Of a stretch of 64,000 nucleotides of DNA, positions 26,359-36,114 are shown piece by piece. The translations under genes were made by a program, and so were the position numbers. Origin of the DNA: Solirubrobacterales bacterium (GTDB taxonomy: Bacteria > Actinomycetota > Thermoleophilia > Solirubrobacterales > 70-9); the NCBI GenBank assembly GCA_036403715.1, contig DASWQL010000005.1:2295-66294 (forward strand). Direction: 5' to 3'. Below the pieces are notes generated by a model, which saw only the letters and a program-made list of their open reading frames with translations, did no database searches and was not told the origin of the DNA. The number at the start of each line of letters is the position of its first letter. Position 1 is the first letter of the stretch.

Positions 26359-27696
26359 TTGGTCTTCGCCGCGGTGATGGCGGTGGTCTTGGGCGCCACG
26401 GGAGCGTTCGTCTACGTCCGCTTCAGCGCCGAGCTCGACAACACCATCAACTCGGGCCTGCGTTCCCGTGCAGGCGACCTCGTCGCCCTGGTCAAGGAGG
26501 TGGATTCCGGACTCAGCGAGGGCCGGCAGAAACTCGTCGGCCCGACCGAGAGCTTCGCCGAGGTGCTCTCGCCAAGCGGTCGGGTCTCCGACGCCTCGCC
26601 GGCCATCGGCAACCAGGTCCTGCTCTCGGCCGGCGAGTTGCGGAGGGCGCTGCACGAACCTCTGATCGTCAATCGAGGCCCGCTTCCGGGTCTTCCGGAT
26701 CAGTCCCGCTTGCTGGCCATGCCGGTGCGCGCTCGGGGCCAGGAGCGGGTGGTGGTGGTCGGGACCTCGATCGAAGACCGCAACGAGTCGCTGCAGGACC
26801 TGCTGCAGTTGCTGCTGGTCGGCGGCCCGGTGGCGCTCATCCTCGCCTCGCTGGCCGCCTATGGAGTCGCCGCAGCGGCACTTCACCCGGTCGAGGCGAT
26901 GAGGGCGAGGGCGGCGAAGGTCTCGGCGGCGCGGCCGGACCAACGCCTGCCGGTCCCCCAGACCCACGACGAGGTGGCCCGCTTGGGGATGACGCTCAAC
27001 GAAATGCTGGAGCGTCTGGCCGAGGCGCTCGAGCACGAGCGCTCCTTCGTCGCCGACGCCAGCCACGAGCTGCGAACGCCCCTCGCGATCCTTCGGACCG
27101 AGCTCGAGCTTGCCCTTGGCGAAGGACGTTCCGCCGAGGAGCTGCGGGCGGCTCTGGAGTCGGCGGCGGAGGAGACCGACCGGCTCACCCAGCTCTCCGA
27201 GGATCTCCTCACCATCGCCCAGACCGACCGGGGCGAACTGCCGCTTCGGATCGCACGCGTCGAGCTGACAGAGGCCCTGGAGGGTGTCCGAAGACGCTTT
27301 TCTCGCCGGGCCGAGGTTGAAGGGCGAGCGATCGACGTCGATGGCTCGGCGGTCGTGATCGAAGCCGACCGGCTGCGGCTCGATCAGGCGATCGGGAGCA
27401 TGGTCGACAACGCCCTGCGCTACGGGTCCGGGCGCGTCTCGCTGAGCGCCGCCGTGAGCGACGGAAAGGCCGAGGTCCATGTCGTCGACCAGGGCCCGGG
27501 ATTTCCTCGTGAGTTCCTCGAGCGCGCGTTCGAGCGCTTCAGCCGCGCCGCCTCGGCCCGGCGCGACGGGGGAAGCGGGCTCGGCCTGGCGATCGTGCGG
27601 ACCGTCGCCCGCGCGCATGGCGGCGAGGCCCACGCCGCCAACCGCGAGGAAGGCGGCGCCGACGTCTGGCTGACGCTTCCACCCCGGGGCCACTAG
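26359..27696 (+). CDS. Sensor histidine kinase (HAMP-HisKA-HATPase_c)
   Basis: H-box FVADASHELRTPLA, N-box DNALRYG, G-boxes DQGPGF and GGSGLGLAIV, and two N-terminal TM helices. The first canonical start is TTG 26359. An in-frame CTG at 26326 overlapping the RR stop is an alternative. Confidence 0.85.
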   Translation: MVFAAVMAVVLGATGAFVYVRFSAELDNTINSGLRSRAGDLVALVKEVDSGLSEGRQKLVGPTESFAEVLSPSGRVSDASPAIGNQVLLSAGELRRALHEPLIVNRGPLPGLPDQSRLLAMPVRARGQERVVVVGTSIEDRNESLQDLLQLLLVGGPVALILASLAAYGVAAAALHPVEAMRARAAKVSAARPDQRLPVPQTHDEVARLGMTLNEMLERLAEALEHERSFVADASHELRTPLAILRTELELALGEGRSAEELRAALESAAEETDRLTQLSEDLLTIAQTDRGELPLRIARVELTEALEGVRRRFSRRAEVEGRAIDVDGSAVVIEADRLRLDQAIGSMVDNALRYGSGRVSLSAAVSDGKAEVHVVDQGPGFPREFLERAFERFSRAASARRDGGSGLGLAIVRTVARAHGGEAHAANREEGGADVWLTLPPRGH

Positions 27697-27699
27697 CGC

Positions 27700-27717
27700 T
27701 CTCATCGGGGTCTCATC
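27700..27717 (+). promoter_or_regulatory. Candidate response-regulator box: perfect direct repeat TCTCATC-N4-TCTCATC
   Basis: It starts 4 nt after the HK stop and lies upstream of the lipoprotein/ABC operon. TTACAC at 27726 is a possible -10 element. Confidence 0.45.
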
Positions 27718-27769
27718 TGCGCCCGTTACACCTTCGGGTGGAATGGTGAAACTCGGCGAAGGAGGCTTC

Positions 27770-28411
27770 GTGAAGGCCAGGATGATCGTTGGATTGAGCG
27801 CCCTCGCGGCATTGGTGCTGCTGGTGGCCGGCTGCGGCGGTGGCAATTCGGGTGCGACCGAACAGGGCACGTCCGAAAGCACCCCGAGCAGCGCGGAAAG
27901 CGCGGCGGCCGGGACCGAAGCGGAAGCGGCGCCGAGCGAGGCGCAGTCGGCGGCGACCGGCGACATTCCCGACAACCAGACCTTCCTCGTCTTCAAAGAT
28001 CCGACCTCGGGCTACTCGGTTCGCTATCCCGAGGGCTGGGCGCGCAAGGGGTCGGGGAGCGACGTCACCTTCGAGGAAAAGGCGAACGTGGTCCACATCG
28101 CCGTCGCCAAGGGCCCGGCGCCCAGCAGGGCTTCGACCCTCGCCGGCATCAAACAGATGCACAAGAGCGACCCGACCGTGCACTCGAGCTCGCCGGAACA
28201 GCTGACGATCAACGGCGCTCCCGTGGTGAAAGTCACCTACACGCGGCTCAGCGCTCCCGATCCCGTCACCGGCAAGAGGTTGCAGCTGACGGTCGATCGC
28301 TACCTCTACGGGAAGGGCGGAAAGGTCGCGACCGTGGACCTCGGAACGCCCGTCGGGGTCGACAACGTCGACGCCTACCGGATGATCAGCGAAAGCTTCA
28401 AATGGCAGTAG
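27770..28411 (+). CDS. Secreted lipoprotein, function unknown
   Basis: The GTG at 27770 is preceded by GAAGGAGG. Lipobox LLVAGC. The mature part has a Ser/Ala/Glu-rich linker and then a globular domain. ATG 27743 is an alternative start. Confidence 0.65.
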   Translation: MKARMIVGLSALAALVLLVAGCGGGNSGATEQGTSESTPSSAESAAAGTEAEAAPSEAQSAATGDIPDNQTFLVFKDPTSGYSVRYPEGWARKGSGSDVTFEEKANVVHIAVAKGPAPSRASTLAGIKQMHKSDPTVHSSSPEQLTINGAPVVKVTYTRLSAPDPVTGKRLQLTVDRYLYGKGGKVATVDLGTPVGVDNVDAYRMISESFKWQ

Positions 28412-29121
28412 AGAGCCTCTACCGCGAGCCCGAGCTCGAGCAGGCGCCGCCGCAGTGGCCGGCGTTGGAGATGCACGACGTCTTCAAGATCTACCGCTCC
28501 GGCCCGGTGGAGACGGTCGCCCTGCGCGGGGTCGATCTCGAGGTCCGCGCCGGGCAGACGATCGCGATCCTCGGTCCCTCCGGCTGCGGCAAGAGCACGC
28601 TGCTGGCGCTGGCGGCCGGTCTCGACCGGGCATCGGCCGGCGACGTGCGCAGCCTCGGCTCCTCGCTGGTCACGCAGAGCGAGGCCGAGCTCGCCGACTA
28701 CCGGGCCCGGGGGGTCGGCATCGTCTTTCAGAGCGGCAATCTCTGGCCGACGCTGAGTGCCGAGGAGAACGTCGTCGTGGCGCTGCGGCTGGCAGGGGTC
28801 GAGGCGCCGATTGAGCGCGCCGCCGAGGCGCTGGAGGAGTTCGGGCTGGCAGAGCGTGCCGGCCATCGGGCGAGGGCGCTGTCGGGCGGCGAGCAGCAGC
28901 GGGTCGCGATCGCCGCCGCGGTGGCGCGCCGAGCGCCGCTGATCCTGGCCGACGAGCCGACCGGAGAGCTCGACGCGGCCAACCAGCAGATCGTGCTGAC
29001 GGCGCTGCGAAGGCTTCCCGCCGGCCACGGGTCGGCGGTTGTGGTCGTGACTCATTCCAGCGTCGTGGCGGGATCGGCGGACCAGGTGATCGAGCTGCGC
29101 GATGGGGCGGTGGTGAGGTGA
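28402..29121 (+). CDS. ABC transporter ATP-binding protein (MacB/LolD-type), subunit 1
   Basis: GPSGCGKST, LSGGEQQRVAIA and LILADEPTGELD. The start overlaps the lipoprotein stop. Confidence 0.85.
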   Translation: MAVESLYREPELEQAPPQWPALEMHDVFKIYRSGPVETVALRGVDLEVRAGQTIAILGPSGCGKSTLLALAAGLDRASAGDVRSLGSSLVTQSEAELADYRARGVGIVFQSGNLWPTLSAEENVVVALRLAGVEAPIERAAEALEEFGLAERAGHRARALSGGEQQRVAIAAAVARRAPLILADEPTGELDAANQQIVLTALRRLPAGHGSAVVVVTHSSVVAGSADQVIELRDGAVVR

Positions 29122-29825
29122 GCGTGGTCGGTGCCGACGTCGCCCAGCTCTCGGCCTGCCGCGGCGCCTCGGTCGTCTACGGGTCCGGCGAGGCCGAGGT
29201 CCACGCCCTGCGTGAGGTGGATCTGACGATCGAGTCGGGGGAGGTCCTCGCCCTGCGCGGGCCGTCCGGCTCCGGCAAGACGACGGTGCTGCACCTGCTC
29301 GGCGGCCTCCTCCTTCCCAGCTCCGGCGAGGTGCTCTGGAAGGGCGAGCCGCTGTCGCTGCTGGATGCCGCGGCGCGGGCCAGGGCTAGGGTCGCCGGCA
29401 TCGCCTACGTCCTGCAGGGCTCCAACCTGCTGCCGACCTTCAGCGCCCTGGAGAACGTCGCCTTCGCGGCCTGGCTCGCCCAGCGGGCCGGACTCTCGGT
29501 TCGCAACGGGCCCGAGGAGCTGCTCGAGCTCGTCGGCCTGGCGGACAAGGGCGCCGCGCTGCCGGCCGAGCTCTCGGGTGGCGAGTCGCAGCGGGTGGCG
29601 CTGGCGAGGGCCCTCGCGCAGTCGCCGGAACTGCTGCTCTGCGACGAGCCGACCGGGCACCTCGATTCCGACACCGCGACCCGGGTGCTCGACCTTCTCG
29701 ACGCCCTGCAGGAGCGCTTCGGTTTCGCCGTCGCGATCGCCACGCACGATCGCGGCGTCGCCGCCCGCGCCCGCAGAGAGATCGTCCTCGCCGACGGCCG
29801 CATAGTCGTTCCGGCGGCGGCATGA
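29118..29825 (+). CDS. ABC transporter ATP-binding protein (MacB/LolD-type), subunit 2
   Basis: GPSGSGKTT, LSGGESQRVALA and LLLCDEPTGHLD. It has 4-nt overlaps on both sides. Confidence 0.85.
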   Translation: MSVVGADVAQLSACRGASVVYGSGEAEVHALREVDLTIESGEVLALRGPSGSGKTTVLHLLGGLLLPSSGEVLWKGEPLSLLDAAARARARVAGIAYVLQGSNLLPTFSALENVAFAAWLAQRAGLSVRNGPEELLELVGLADKGAALPAELSGGESQRVALARALAQSPELLLCDEPTGHLDSDTATRVLDLLDALQERFGFAVAIATHDRGVAARARREIVLADGRIVVPAAA

Positions 29826-32524
29826 GCGCGGCCCTGCAGCTCGGGCTCGCCCGCTTGAGGCGGCGGCCGGGGCAGACCCTCACCCAGGCGCTGGTGCTCG
29901 CCGCCGCCGTCGCCCTGCTCGGGGCGATGATCCTCTTCATCGGCCACTCGCTGCGGACGATGACCGCGTCGGCGACGCGCAGCGTCCCACTCGACCTGCA
30001 GGGGCCGGTCGCCGACTACGGCAAGGCGCGAACGCTCGCCGCGGAGATATCCAAGCGGCCCGAAGTCGCCCAGGCGTCGCCCGTCGCCACCGCGCCGTTC
30101 GCCGGCGTCAGCCACAGCGGCGCGGCCGGGATCACCGACGCGGGGGCGGGGGCGATCCTCGCGGTGCCGCCGAACTACCTGTCCCACATCGAAACCTTCC
30201 GCTTCCTGCGGGGCGGTCTGCGGCCGGGCGGGATCGTGCTCGACCAGCAGCTCGCGGCGACCCTGCGCGCCCGCGTCGGGGACACCGTGCGCCTGCGGCT
30301 CGGCGGCGGCCAGAAGCAGACCTTCACGGTGGGCGGCGTCGCCCTGGTCACCGCTCCCGACGTCCTCTTCCAGCCGCTCAACCCGTTGCTCGGGCCGGCA
30401 CCGGCCCAGCCCCCGGCCAACATCGCGATCCTGCCGGTCGGGACCTTCGCCCAGACCCTCGGCGGCCGCCTGCCGACGCTGAGCACCGCCGACGCCGGCG
30501 CCGCCGCGGTCCCGGGGACCGTCTCCGGGGTGCAGTGGCAGGTGCAGGCGCAGATCGACCGCGCCGGCTTCACCGGCAGTCCCAGCGAAGCGTTCAAGCG
30601 CTCCGGTCAGGTCACCAAATCGATCGAAAGCAGCTTCCCGGGGAAGATCCAGTTCGTCGACAACCTCTCCGAAGAGCTCGAAACCGCATCGGGCGACGCG
30701 CTGTATGCAGAGGCCCTGTTCATCATGCTCGCGGTTCCGGGCGCGCTGCTGGCGCTGGGCCTCGCCTACCTCGCAGCCCTCGGAACCGTCGACCGCGACC
30801 GCCAGGAGCTGGCGCTACTGCGCGCTCGCGGCGCCAGCCGCCGCCAGCTGCTGGCGATGGCGCTGACCGAATCGAGCATCGTCGGCCTCTTCGCCGGCCT
30901 GCTGGGAGCGGGGATCGCCTTCGTCGCGGTCGCGACCCTGATCGAAGGGTCGGTCGGCCTCAACGCGTCGCGCGCGGTCGCGGTCGTGCTGATCTCGATC
31001 GTCCTCGCCACCGTCGGCGGGCTGGTGGCGAGGTTGGCCACGGGACTGCGCTCGCTGTCCGAAACGGTGGCCTCCGGCCGCCGCAGCGTCGAGCGCGAGC
31101 GCAAGCCCCTCTGGCAGCGGCTCTATCTGGATTTCATCGCCCTGGCGCTCAGCGGCCTGATCTACTGGCTGACCGCGAGCACCGGATTCTCCGCCGTCGT
31201 CAATCCCGATTCGAATCCGACGCTGTCGCTCTCGATCTACATGTTCTTCGCGCCGGCGCTGCTCTGGATCGGGGCGACCCTGCTGCTGGTCCGGCTCCGC
31301 GGCAAGGCGTTCGGCTGGTTCGCCGCCCGCCTCGCGCGAATCAGCGGGCGCCCGGACCGCCGCACCTTCCTGTTCGCCAGCGCCTCGCGCCGCGGAGCGG
31401 CGATCAACCGCGGCCTGGTCTTCGTCGGCCTGCTGCTCGCCTTCGGCGTCAGCATGAGCGTCTTCGCGGCCACCTACAACCAGCAGGCCGGGATCGACGC
31501 CCAGCTCACCCTGGGCGCCAACGTCAGCGCCACCGCGCCGCCGGGCGTGACCGCCCGGAAAGGGCTGGCGAAGCGGATCGAAGGCGTCCAAGGCGTAACC
31601 ACGACCTCCGCGGTCGACCACTCCTACGCCTACGTCGGCCCCGACCTCCAGGACACCTTCGGGATCGAACCCTCGACGATCGGCTCGGCGACCACGCTCC
31701 GCGACTCCTACTTCATCGGCGGCGGGGCCAAGACGATGATGAGCCGGCTCGAAAGCACCCGGGACGGGATCCTGGTCTCCAAAGAGACGATCACGGATTA
31801 CTCGCTCAACGTCGGCGACCTGCTGAGGCTGAGGATCCTCAACCATCGCAGCGGCAAATTCCGCGTCGTCCCGTTCCACGTCGTCGGCACCGTCCAGGAG
31901 TTCCCGTCGGCGCCGCGCGACTCGTTCATGGTCGCCAACCTCAGCTACCTGCAGCGTGCCGACCAGGCGGGCGGCGCCAACGTCGTCTTCGCCGGCACCT
32001 CGGAAAACCCCGCCGCCGTCGCCGCCAGGGTGAGCAGCGCGACCAGGGGCTTCGGCGTCACCGTCAAAGACATCCGCCGGCAGGCGGTGCAGACGGTCAG
32101 CTCGATCACGACGGTCGACCTGACCGGCATCAGCCACCTCGAGCAGGCCTTCGCGATCGTCCTCGCGGCGGCGGCGATGTGGTTGTTCGTCAACGTCGTC
32201 GTCAACGAGCGCCGCCACGAGTTCGCGACGATGGCCGCCCTCGGCGCCTCCCTGCGGGACATCGGCGCCTTCGTGCGGGCCGAGGCCGTCGCCGTGCTGG
32301 CCGCGGCGGCCGGCCTCGCGGCGGTGCTCGGATGGCTGATGGCCGAGATGCTGATCGCGATGCTCCAGCACGTCTTCGACCCGCCGCCGGACCATCTCGC
32401 GGTTCCCTGGGGCTTCCTGGCTCTGCTCGCTCTCGGGGCCCTTGCCGGTGCTCTGCTCGCCGGCGCCGTCGCGGCCAATTCGCTTCGCCGCCTTCGACTC
32501 GGCTCGATCCTGCGAGAGCAGTAG
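29822..32524 (+). CDS. ABC transporter permease with two FtsX-like modules (900 aa, about 10 TM)
   Basis: An N-terminal TM plus a large extracytoplasmic domain is followed by a 3-4 TM FtsX block, and this unit is repeated. The C-terminus ends LRLGSILREQ, as in FtsX/MacB permeases. Confidence 0.8.
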   Translation: MSAALQLGLARLRRRPGQTLTQALVLAAAVALLGAMILFIGHSLRTMTASATRSVPLDLQGPVADYGKARTLAAEISKRPEVAQASPVATAPFAGVSHSGAAGITDAGAGAILAVPPNYLSHIETFRFLRGGLRPGGIVLDQQLAATLRARVGDTVRLRLGGGQKQTFTVGGVALVTAPDVLFQPLNPLLGPAPAQPPANIAILPVGTFAQTLGGRLPTLSTADAGAAAVPGTVSGVQWQVQAQIDRAGFTGSPSEAFKRSGQVTKSIESSFPGKIQFVDNLSEELETASGDALYAEALFIMLAVPGALLALGLAYLAALGTVDRDRQELALLRARGASRRQLLAMALTESSIVGLFAGLLGAGIAFVAVATLIEGSVGLNASRAVAVVLISIVLATVGGLVARLATGLRSLSETVASGRRSVERERKPLWQRLYLDFIALALSGLIYWLTASTGFSAVVNPDSNPTLSLSIYMFFAPALLWIGATLLLVRLRGKAFGWFAARLARISGRPDRRTFLFASASRRGAAINRGLVFVGLLLAFGVSMSVFAATYNQQAGIDAQLTLGANVSATAPPGVTARKGLAKRIEGVQGVTTTSAVDHSYAYVGPDLQDTFGIEPSTIGSATTLRDSYFIGGGAKTMMSRLESTRDGILVSKETITDYSLNVGDLLRLRILNHRSGKFRVVPFHVVGTVQEFPSAPRDSFMVANLSYLQRADQAGGANVVFAGTSENPAAVAARVSSATRGFGVTVKDIRRQAVQTVSSITTVDLTGISHLEQAFAIVLAAAAMWLFVNVVVNERRHEFATMAALGASLRDIGAFVRAEAVAVLAAAAGLAAVLGWLMAEMLIAMLQHVFDPPPDHLAVPWGFLALLALGALAGALLAGAVAANSLRRLRLGSILREQ

Positions 32525-32653
32525 CCGCTTGGCGGCAGAGCAGCTCTGGCAGTCGTCCTCACAGAAGTTTTAGGCGCTGAGCGCCCTCATTTCATGCCCA
32601 TCCCATCTGCGCCGCGGACCATCGGCGACTCAAACCCAAGGAAAGGGGAAGTC

Positions 32654-32983
32654 ATGAGCAAGTTGAGGAAATTGGCGTTGACCGCCGCAGCGCTGGCGGC
32701 GCTCGCCGTGGGCGGCGCGGCGTTCGCCCAGGCACAGAACGCCGCGGTGGTCACGAAGGTGCCGACGCATCAGGGCATCGGCGAGTCGCCGTCCTCCGGC
32801 GACACCGACAACGTCCAGGCCGGTGACCAGAGCGGGCCCGATCAGGGCGCCGAAGCCGGCTCGAACGAGTCCGACGCCGAGCAGGCGGACGGTCCCGAGT
32901 CGGCCGTCGAAAGCGACGGTCCGGGCGGGCACCATGACGAGCCCGCCGCTGCCCAAGGCGGCCAGGAGACTCAGGAGGACTAG
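32654..32983 (+). CDS. Small secreted acidic low-complexity protein (109 aa)
   Basis: The ATG is preceded by AAGGAAAGGGGA. Signal peptide MSKLRKLALTAAALAALAVGGAAFAQAQ, followed by a D/E/G/S-rich tail. Confidence 0.55.
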   Translation: MSKLRKLALTAAALAALAVGGAAFAQAQNAAVVTKVPTHQGIGESPSSGDTDNVQAGDQSGPDQGAEAGSNESDAEQADGPESAVESDGPGGHHDEPAAAQGGQETQED

Positions 32984-32999
32984 TCGTCTCGACCCGAAG

Positions 33000-33030
33000 C
33001 CCTCCCCCCGGCAGCCGTCCGGGGGGAGGG
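33000..33030. terminator. Bidirectional GC hairpin between convergent genes
   Basis: CCCTCCCCCCGG-cagccgt-CCGGGGGGAGGG, a 12-bp perfect stem. Confidence 0.6.
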
Positions 33031-33080
33031 ATCGCTGGTACATATACGTTCGACCTCCAGCACGGCTGACGACGCAAGAT

Positions 33081-33758
33081 TCAGTGGGCGTGCTCGTGTC
33101 CCCGCACCGTCTCCCACGAATCCCAGGTGATCTTCAGGATCACGGCGGTGATGCCCAGGCCGATCAGCGGATCGGCGATCGGCACGCCGAGGGCGACGAC
33201 GGCGGCGCTGGCGATGACGGCGAGGCTGACGTAGGAGTCGGCGCGGGCATGGTTGCCGTCGGCGACCAGGGCGGGGCTGTCGAGGCGGCGCCCCGCTCGG
33301 GTGCGGATGATCGCCGCGACCCAGTTGCCGCCGAAGCCGATCGCGCCGGCGGCGGCGAGGGCGAGGAGGTGGGTGGGGGTCTGGGGGTGGATCAGGCGGC
33401 CGATCGCCTCGTAGCCGGCGACGCAGGCGGAGACGAAGATCGCCGCGACGACGAAGAGGCCGCTGATCCGCTCGGCGCGTGGGGAGCGGAGCAGGAAGGC
33501 GATCCCCAGCGGAATCGCCGTGGCGGCGTCGCCGAAGTTGTGGATCAGGTCGGCGAGCAGGGCGATGCTGCCGCTGGCGATGAAGATCGCCGTCTGGGCC
33601 AGCGCGGTGAGCCCCAGCACGGCCAGCGAGAGGCCGACCGCCTTCAGTCCGTCGCGCGATCGTTTGATGCTCTCGTCGATCAGGCCATGGGAGTGGCCGT
33701 GCGTGTGCCCGCGGTGATCGTGCCGGTGCGCTCCGGGCGGAAGTGCCTCCTCGGTCAT
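33081..33758 (-). CDS. Cation diffusion facilitator (CDF) family transporter, TM domain only
   Basis: His-rich N-terminus HRHDHRGHTHGHSHG, the CDF motif SIALLADLIHNFGDA, and six TM. At 225 aa it ends in GHEHAH without the usual cytoplasmic C-terminal domain. Confidence 0.75.
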   Translation of the reverse strand: MTEEALPPGAHRHDHRGHTHGHSHGLIDESIKRSRDGLKAVGLSLAVLGLTALAQTAIFIASGSIALLADLIHNFGDAATAIPLGIAFLLRSPRAERISGLFVVAAIFVSACVAGYEAIGRLIHPQTPTHLLALAAAGAIGFGGNWVAAIIRTRAGRRLDSPALVADGNHARADSYVSLAVIASAAVVALGVPIADPLIGLGITAVILKITWDSWETVRGHEHAH

Positions 33759-33799
33759 CCCAGCCAGGCTAGCGATGGCCGGGGCAAGAGCAGCGTGCT

Positions 33800-34066
33800 C
33801 TACGCGGGGTTCTGCCCCGGCGGGCCGGCCCTGAACCGCTCCCAGCCCTCGCTGCTCAGGGCGAGATAGAGCCGCCGGTCGGGCCCGCGCCGTTCGAGCA
33901 CGTATCCGGCTCGGACCGCCCGCGCGATCGCCTTGCGCAGGTCCCGCGCCCCGACCCGGCGGAAGCGGAGCGCGAGGGCGCTGCGCGCGCAGAAGCCGTC
34001 GTCCGCCTCGGCGACGATCGCGGCAAGGATCTCCTCGGGGGTCGGGCTAGCGCTTCGTGGGTTCAA
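33800..34066 (-). CDS. Small hypothetical protein, possible winged-helix
   Basis: Track ORF (88 aa) with RKAIARAVRAGYVLERRG. It overlaps the downstream PQQ-repeat gene by 20 nt. Confidence 0.4.
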   Translation of the reverse strand: MNPRSASPTPEEILAAIVAEADDGFCARSALALRFRRVGARDLRKAIARAVRAGYVLERRGPDRRLYLALSSEGWERFRAGPPGQNPA

Positions 34067-35273
34067 GACCGATCAGCTCGTAATAGCCGACCAGAAAGAG
34101 GCGCTTGCCGTCGGAGACGACCGGGGTATAGCCCGCCTGGCGCAGGTGAAAGGTCTTGCGGTGGGTGCGGGCGTCGATGCCGATCGTTTCGCGGGTCTTG
34201 AAGCTCGAGGTGTAGACGGTGTTGCCGATCACCGTCGCCGTGCCGGGGATCGGCCCGCCGACGTCGTGGTGCCAGCGCGGCTTGCCGGTGCGGGCGTCGA
34301 GCGCGAACAAGCGGCCATTTTCGGAGCCGATGTAGACGCTGGGCGGGGTGCCGGGGACCCGGGCGACCGCGGGGGACCCGTAGACCTGGCCGCCGGTGTC
34401 GAATGACCAGTCGACCTTGCCGGTCTTCTCGTCGAAGGCGAAGACGGTGCCGTCGTCGCGGGCGGCGTAGACGCGGCCGAAGGCGATCGCGGGGGAGGAG
34501 AAGAAGCCCCCGTGGCCATAGGGCGGCACCTTGCTGGTGTTGGTCCGCCAGACCGGCTTGCCGCCGGCCGCGTCGAGCGCGAACATCGCGCTCTGGTAGT
34601 CGGCGACGAAGACCCGGCCATCGTGGTAGCTGGGGCTGGCTTTGATCGCTGCGGGCGAGTTGAACCGCCAGCGGGTCTTGCCGTCGGAGGCGCGCAGGGC
34701 GACGACGTCGGTGGTGTCGGTGCCGAGGTAGAGCATTCCGTCGACGGCGAGGGGAGAGGATTCGAGGTGCGCATCGAGCCTGCGAACCCAGACCCGCTTG
34801 CCGGTCTTGGCGTCCCTCGCGACGACGTCGCCGTCGAGAAAGGCCCCGTAGACGAGCCCCCGGTAGTAGACGGGCGCGGTGACGTCGATCTGCTTGCCCT
34901 TGTTGCTCGGGTGGACGTTGAGTTCCCAGAGCACCTTGTGATCCCGCAGGCGGACCGCCTTGCCGTTGCCGTACTTGTTGACGACGTAGGCGACGCCGTC
35001 GGCGATCGCCGGCGGGAACTCGATCAGCGCGTGCGTGTTGATCGACCAGGCTTCCCTCAGAGGCGGGTCCAGCATCCGCTCGTGGGCAGGGAGGTAGTGC
35101 GTCCGCTCGGGCACGCGGCCGAAGAGAGGCCAGGCGACGTAGCCGCTCGACTGCGAAGCGGGCTGGCTCTTTTCGCCATCGTCCGCGGAGCCCCCGCAAC
35201 CGGCGAAGCCAAGCGCGCCAAGCACCAGAGCAAGGCAGGCGATCGCGATCAGTCTTGCCGGTCCCGTGCGCAT
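34047..35273 (-). CDS. PQQ-like beta-propeller repeat lipoprotein (BamB-like fold)
   Basis: Lipobox LGFAGC. Repeated motifs of the type G.VY.gs.dg.l.AlDa.tGk..W occur about 7 times. Confidence 0.8.
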   Translation of the reverse strand: MRTGPARLIAIACLALVLGALGFAGCGGSADDGEKSQPASQSSGYVAWPLFGRVPERTHYLPAHERMLDPPLREAWSINTHALIEFPPAIADGVAYVVNKYGNGKAVRLRDHKVLWELNVHPSNKGKQIDVTAPVYYRGLVYGAFLDGDVVARDAKTGKRVWVRRLDAHLESSPLAVDGMLYLGTDTTDVVALRASDGKTRWRFNSPAAIKASPSYHDGRVFVADYQSAMFALDAAGGKPVWRTNTSKVPPYGHGGFFSSPAIAFGRVYAARDDGTVFAFDEKTGKVDWSFDTGGQVYGSPAVARVPGTPPSVYIGSENGRLFALDARTGKPRWHHDVGGPIPGTATVIGNTVYTSSFKTRETIGIDARTHRKTFHLRQAGYTPVVSDGKRLFLVGYYELIGLEPTKR

Positions 35274-35337
35274 CGAGTTGTCCTGTATCGGCTGCGAATG
35301 GGGCAGCCTGAATCGCCGTCATGCGCTCGTCCGAGAG

Positions 35338-35408
35338 AGCGGCGGACGAGAATCGAACTCGCGTCATCAGCTTGGAAGGCTGAGGCTCTACCGTTGAGCT
35401 ACCGCCGC
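35338..35408 (-). tRNA. tRNA-Gly(UCC)
   Basis: Minus-strand fold: acceptor GCGGCGG/CCGCCGC, anticodon arm TCAGC-CTTCCAA-GCTGA, T arm GCGAG-TTCGATT-CTCGT. Confidence 0.9.
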
Positions 35409-35462
35409 GACGGAACGCAGGGTACCCGTCGGCGCGCGGATTCGTCAGAATGCAAAGCCCCA

Positions 35463-35536
35463 CGGGGAGTGGCGCAGTCTGGTAGCGCACTCGGCTGGGG
35501 GCCGAGCGGTCGCAGGTTCAAATCCTGTCTCCCCGA
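35463..35536 (+). tRNA. tRNA-Pro(GGG); integration target of the island
   Basis: Acceptor CGGGGAG/CTCCCCG, anticodon arm CTCGG-CTGGGGG-CCGAG, T arm GCAGG-TTCAAAT-CCTGT. Confidence 0.9.
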
Positions 35537-35538
35537 TT
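35491..35538 (+). repeat. attL: 48-bp direct repeat (3' two-thirds of tRNA-Pro plus 2 nt)
   Basis: TCGGCTGGGGGCCGAGCGGTCGCAGGTTCAAATCCTGTCTCCCCGATT is identical to 46047-46094. Confidence 0.9.
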
Positions 35539-35823
35539 TACGAGATCCAGCTTCGAGAGCGGACTTTGGCTCCCGAAGCGATGGCTCGTTTCATTCTCAG
35601 CGCCCCCTTGGTACCGGCCCTGGTACCGATGCCTGGTCGGCAGGCGAGAATTTCTACGTGGCGCGAAAATCTTTCACGAAAGTTTCCCCAAACCCTGAGG
35701 ATCTGCATATAGTCGTGTCGTAAGTCAAACGAGGTCGTCCTCACCGCGGCGCAAAGAGACGCTGCACGAAAGCGGGACGATTGGACTGCTCCAGACGACC
35801 TCATCAATCGAATAGAGGCCGTT

Positions 35824-36087
35824 ATGTCGAGCATTTCGATGCTGTATCCAGTCGAACCCAAGTCTCGGGCGCGTGGCTCAATCCAAGGCTCTGGGTGGGG
35901 GTATTGGCGATCCGTCTGGGCTGCGTGGTGTCCCACCTGCAGGCAGGAGACGATGCCGTTTCCAAGTGGAATGTGCGGATTTTGCGACACCCCCCTCGGA
36001 GGTCAAGCCACCCGATCAGTCGAGGAACCTGTCCTTCGCGGGGACGAGTTTGTGGCAATTGCAACGTCGTCTGAATTGGCTGCTTGA
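35824..36087 (+). CDS. Putative small zinc-ribbon protein (87 aa)
   Basis: WCPTCRQETMPFPSGMCGFCDTPL gives CxxC-N13-CxxC. AGAGG lies 6 nt before the ATG. The ORF ends 27 nt before the GHKL gene. Several ORFs overlap in other frames, so the call is tentative. Confidence 0.4.
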   Translation: MSSISMLYPVEPKSRARGSIQGSGWGYWRSVWAAWCPTCRQETMPFPSGMCGFCDTPLGGQATRSVEEPVLRGDEFVAIATSSELAA

Positions 36088-36114
36088 ATTCTGCGGCCGG
36101 AAAAGGAGAAGATC

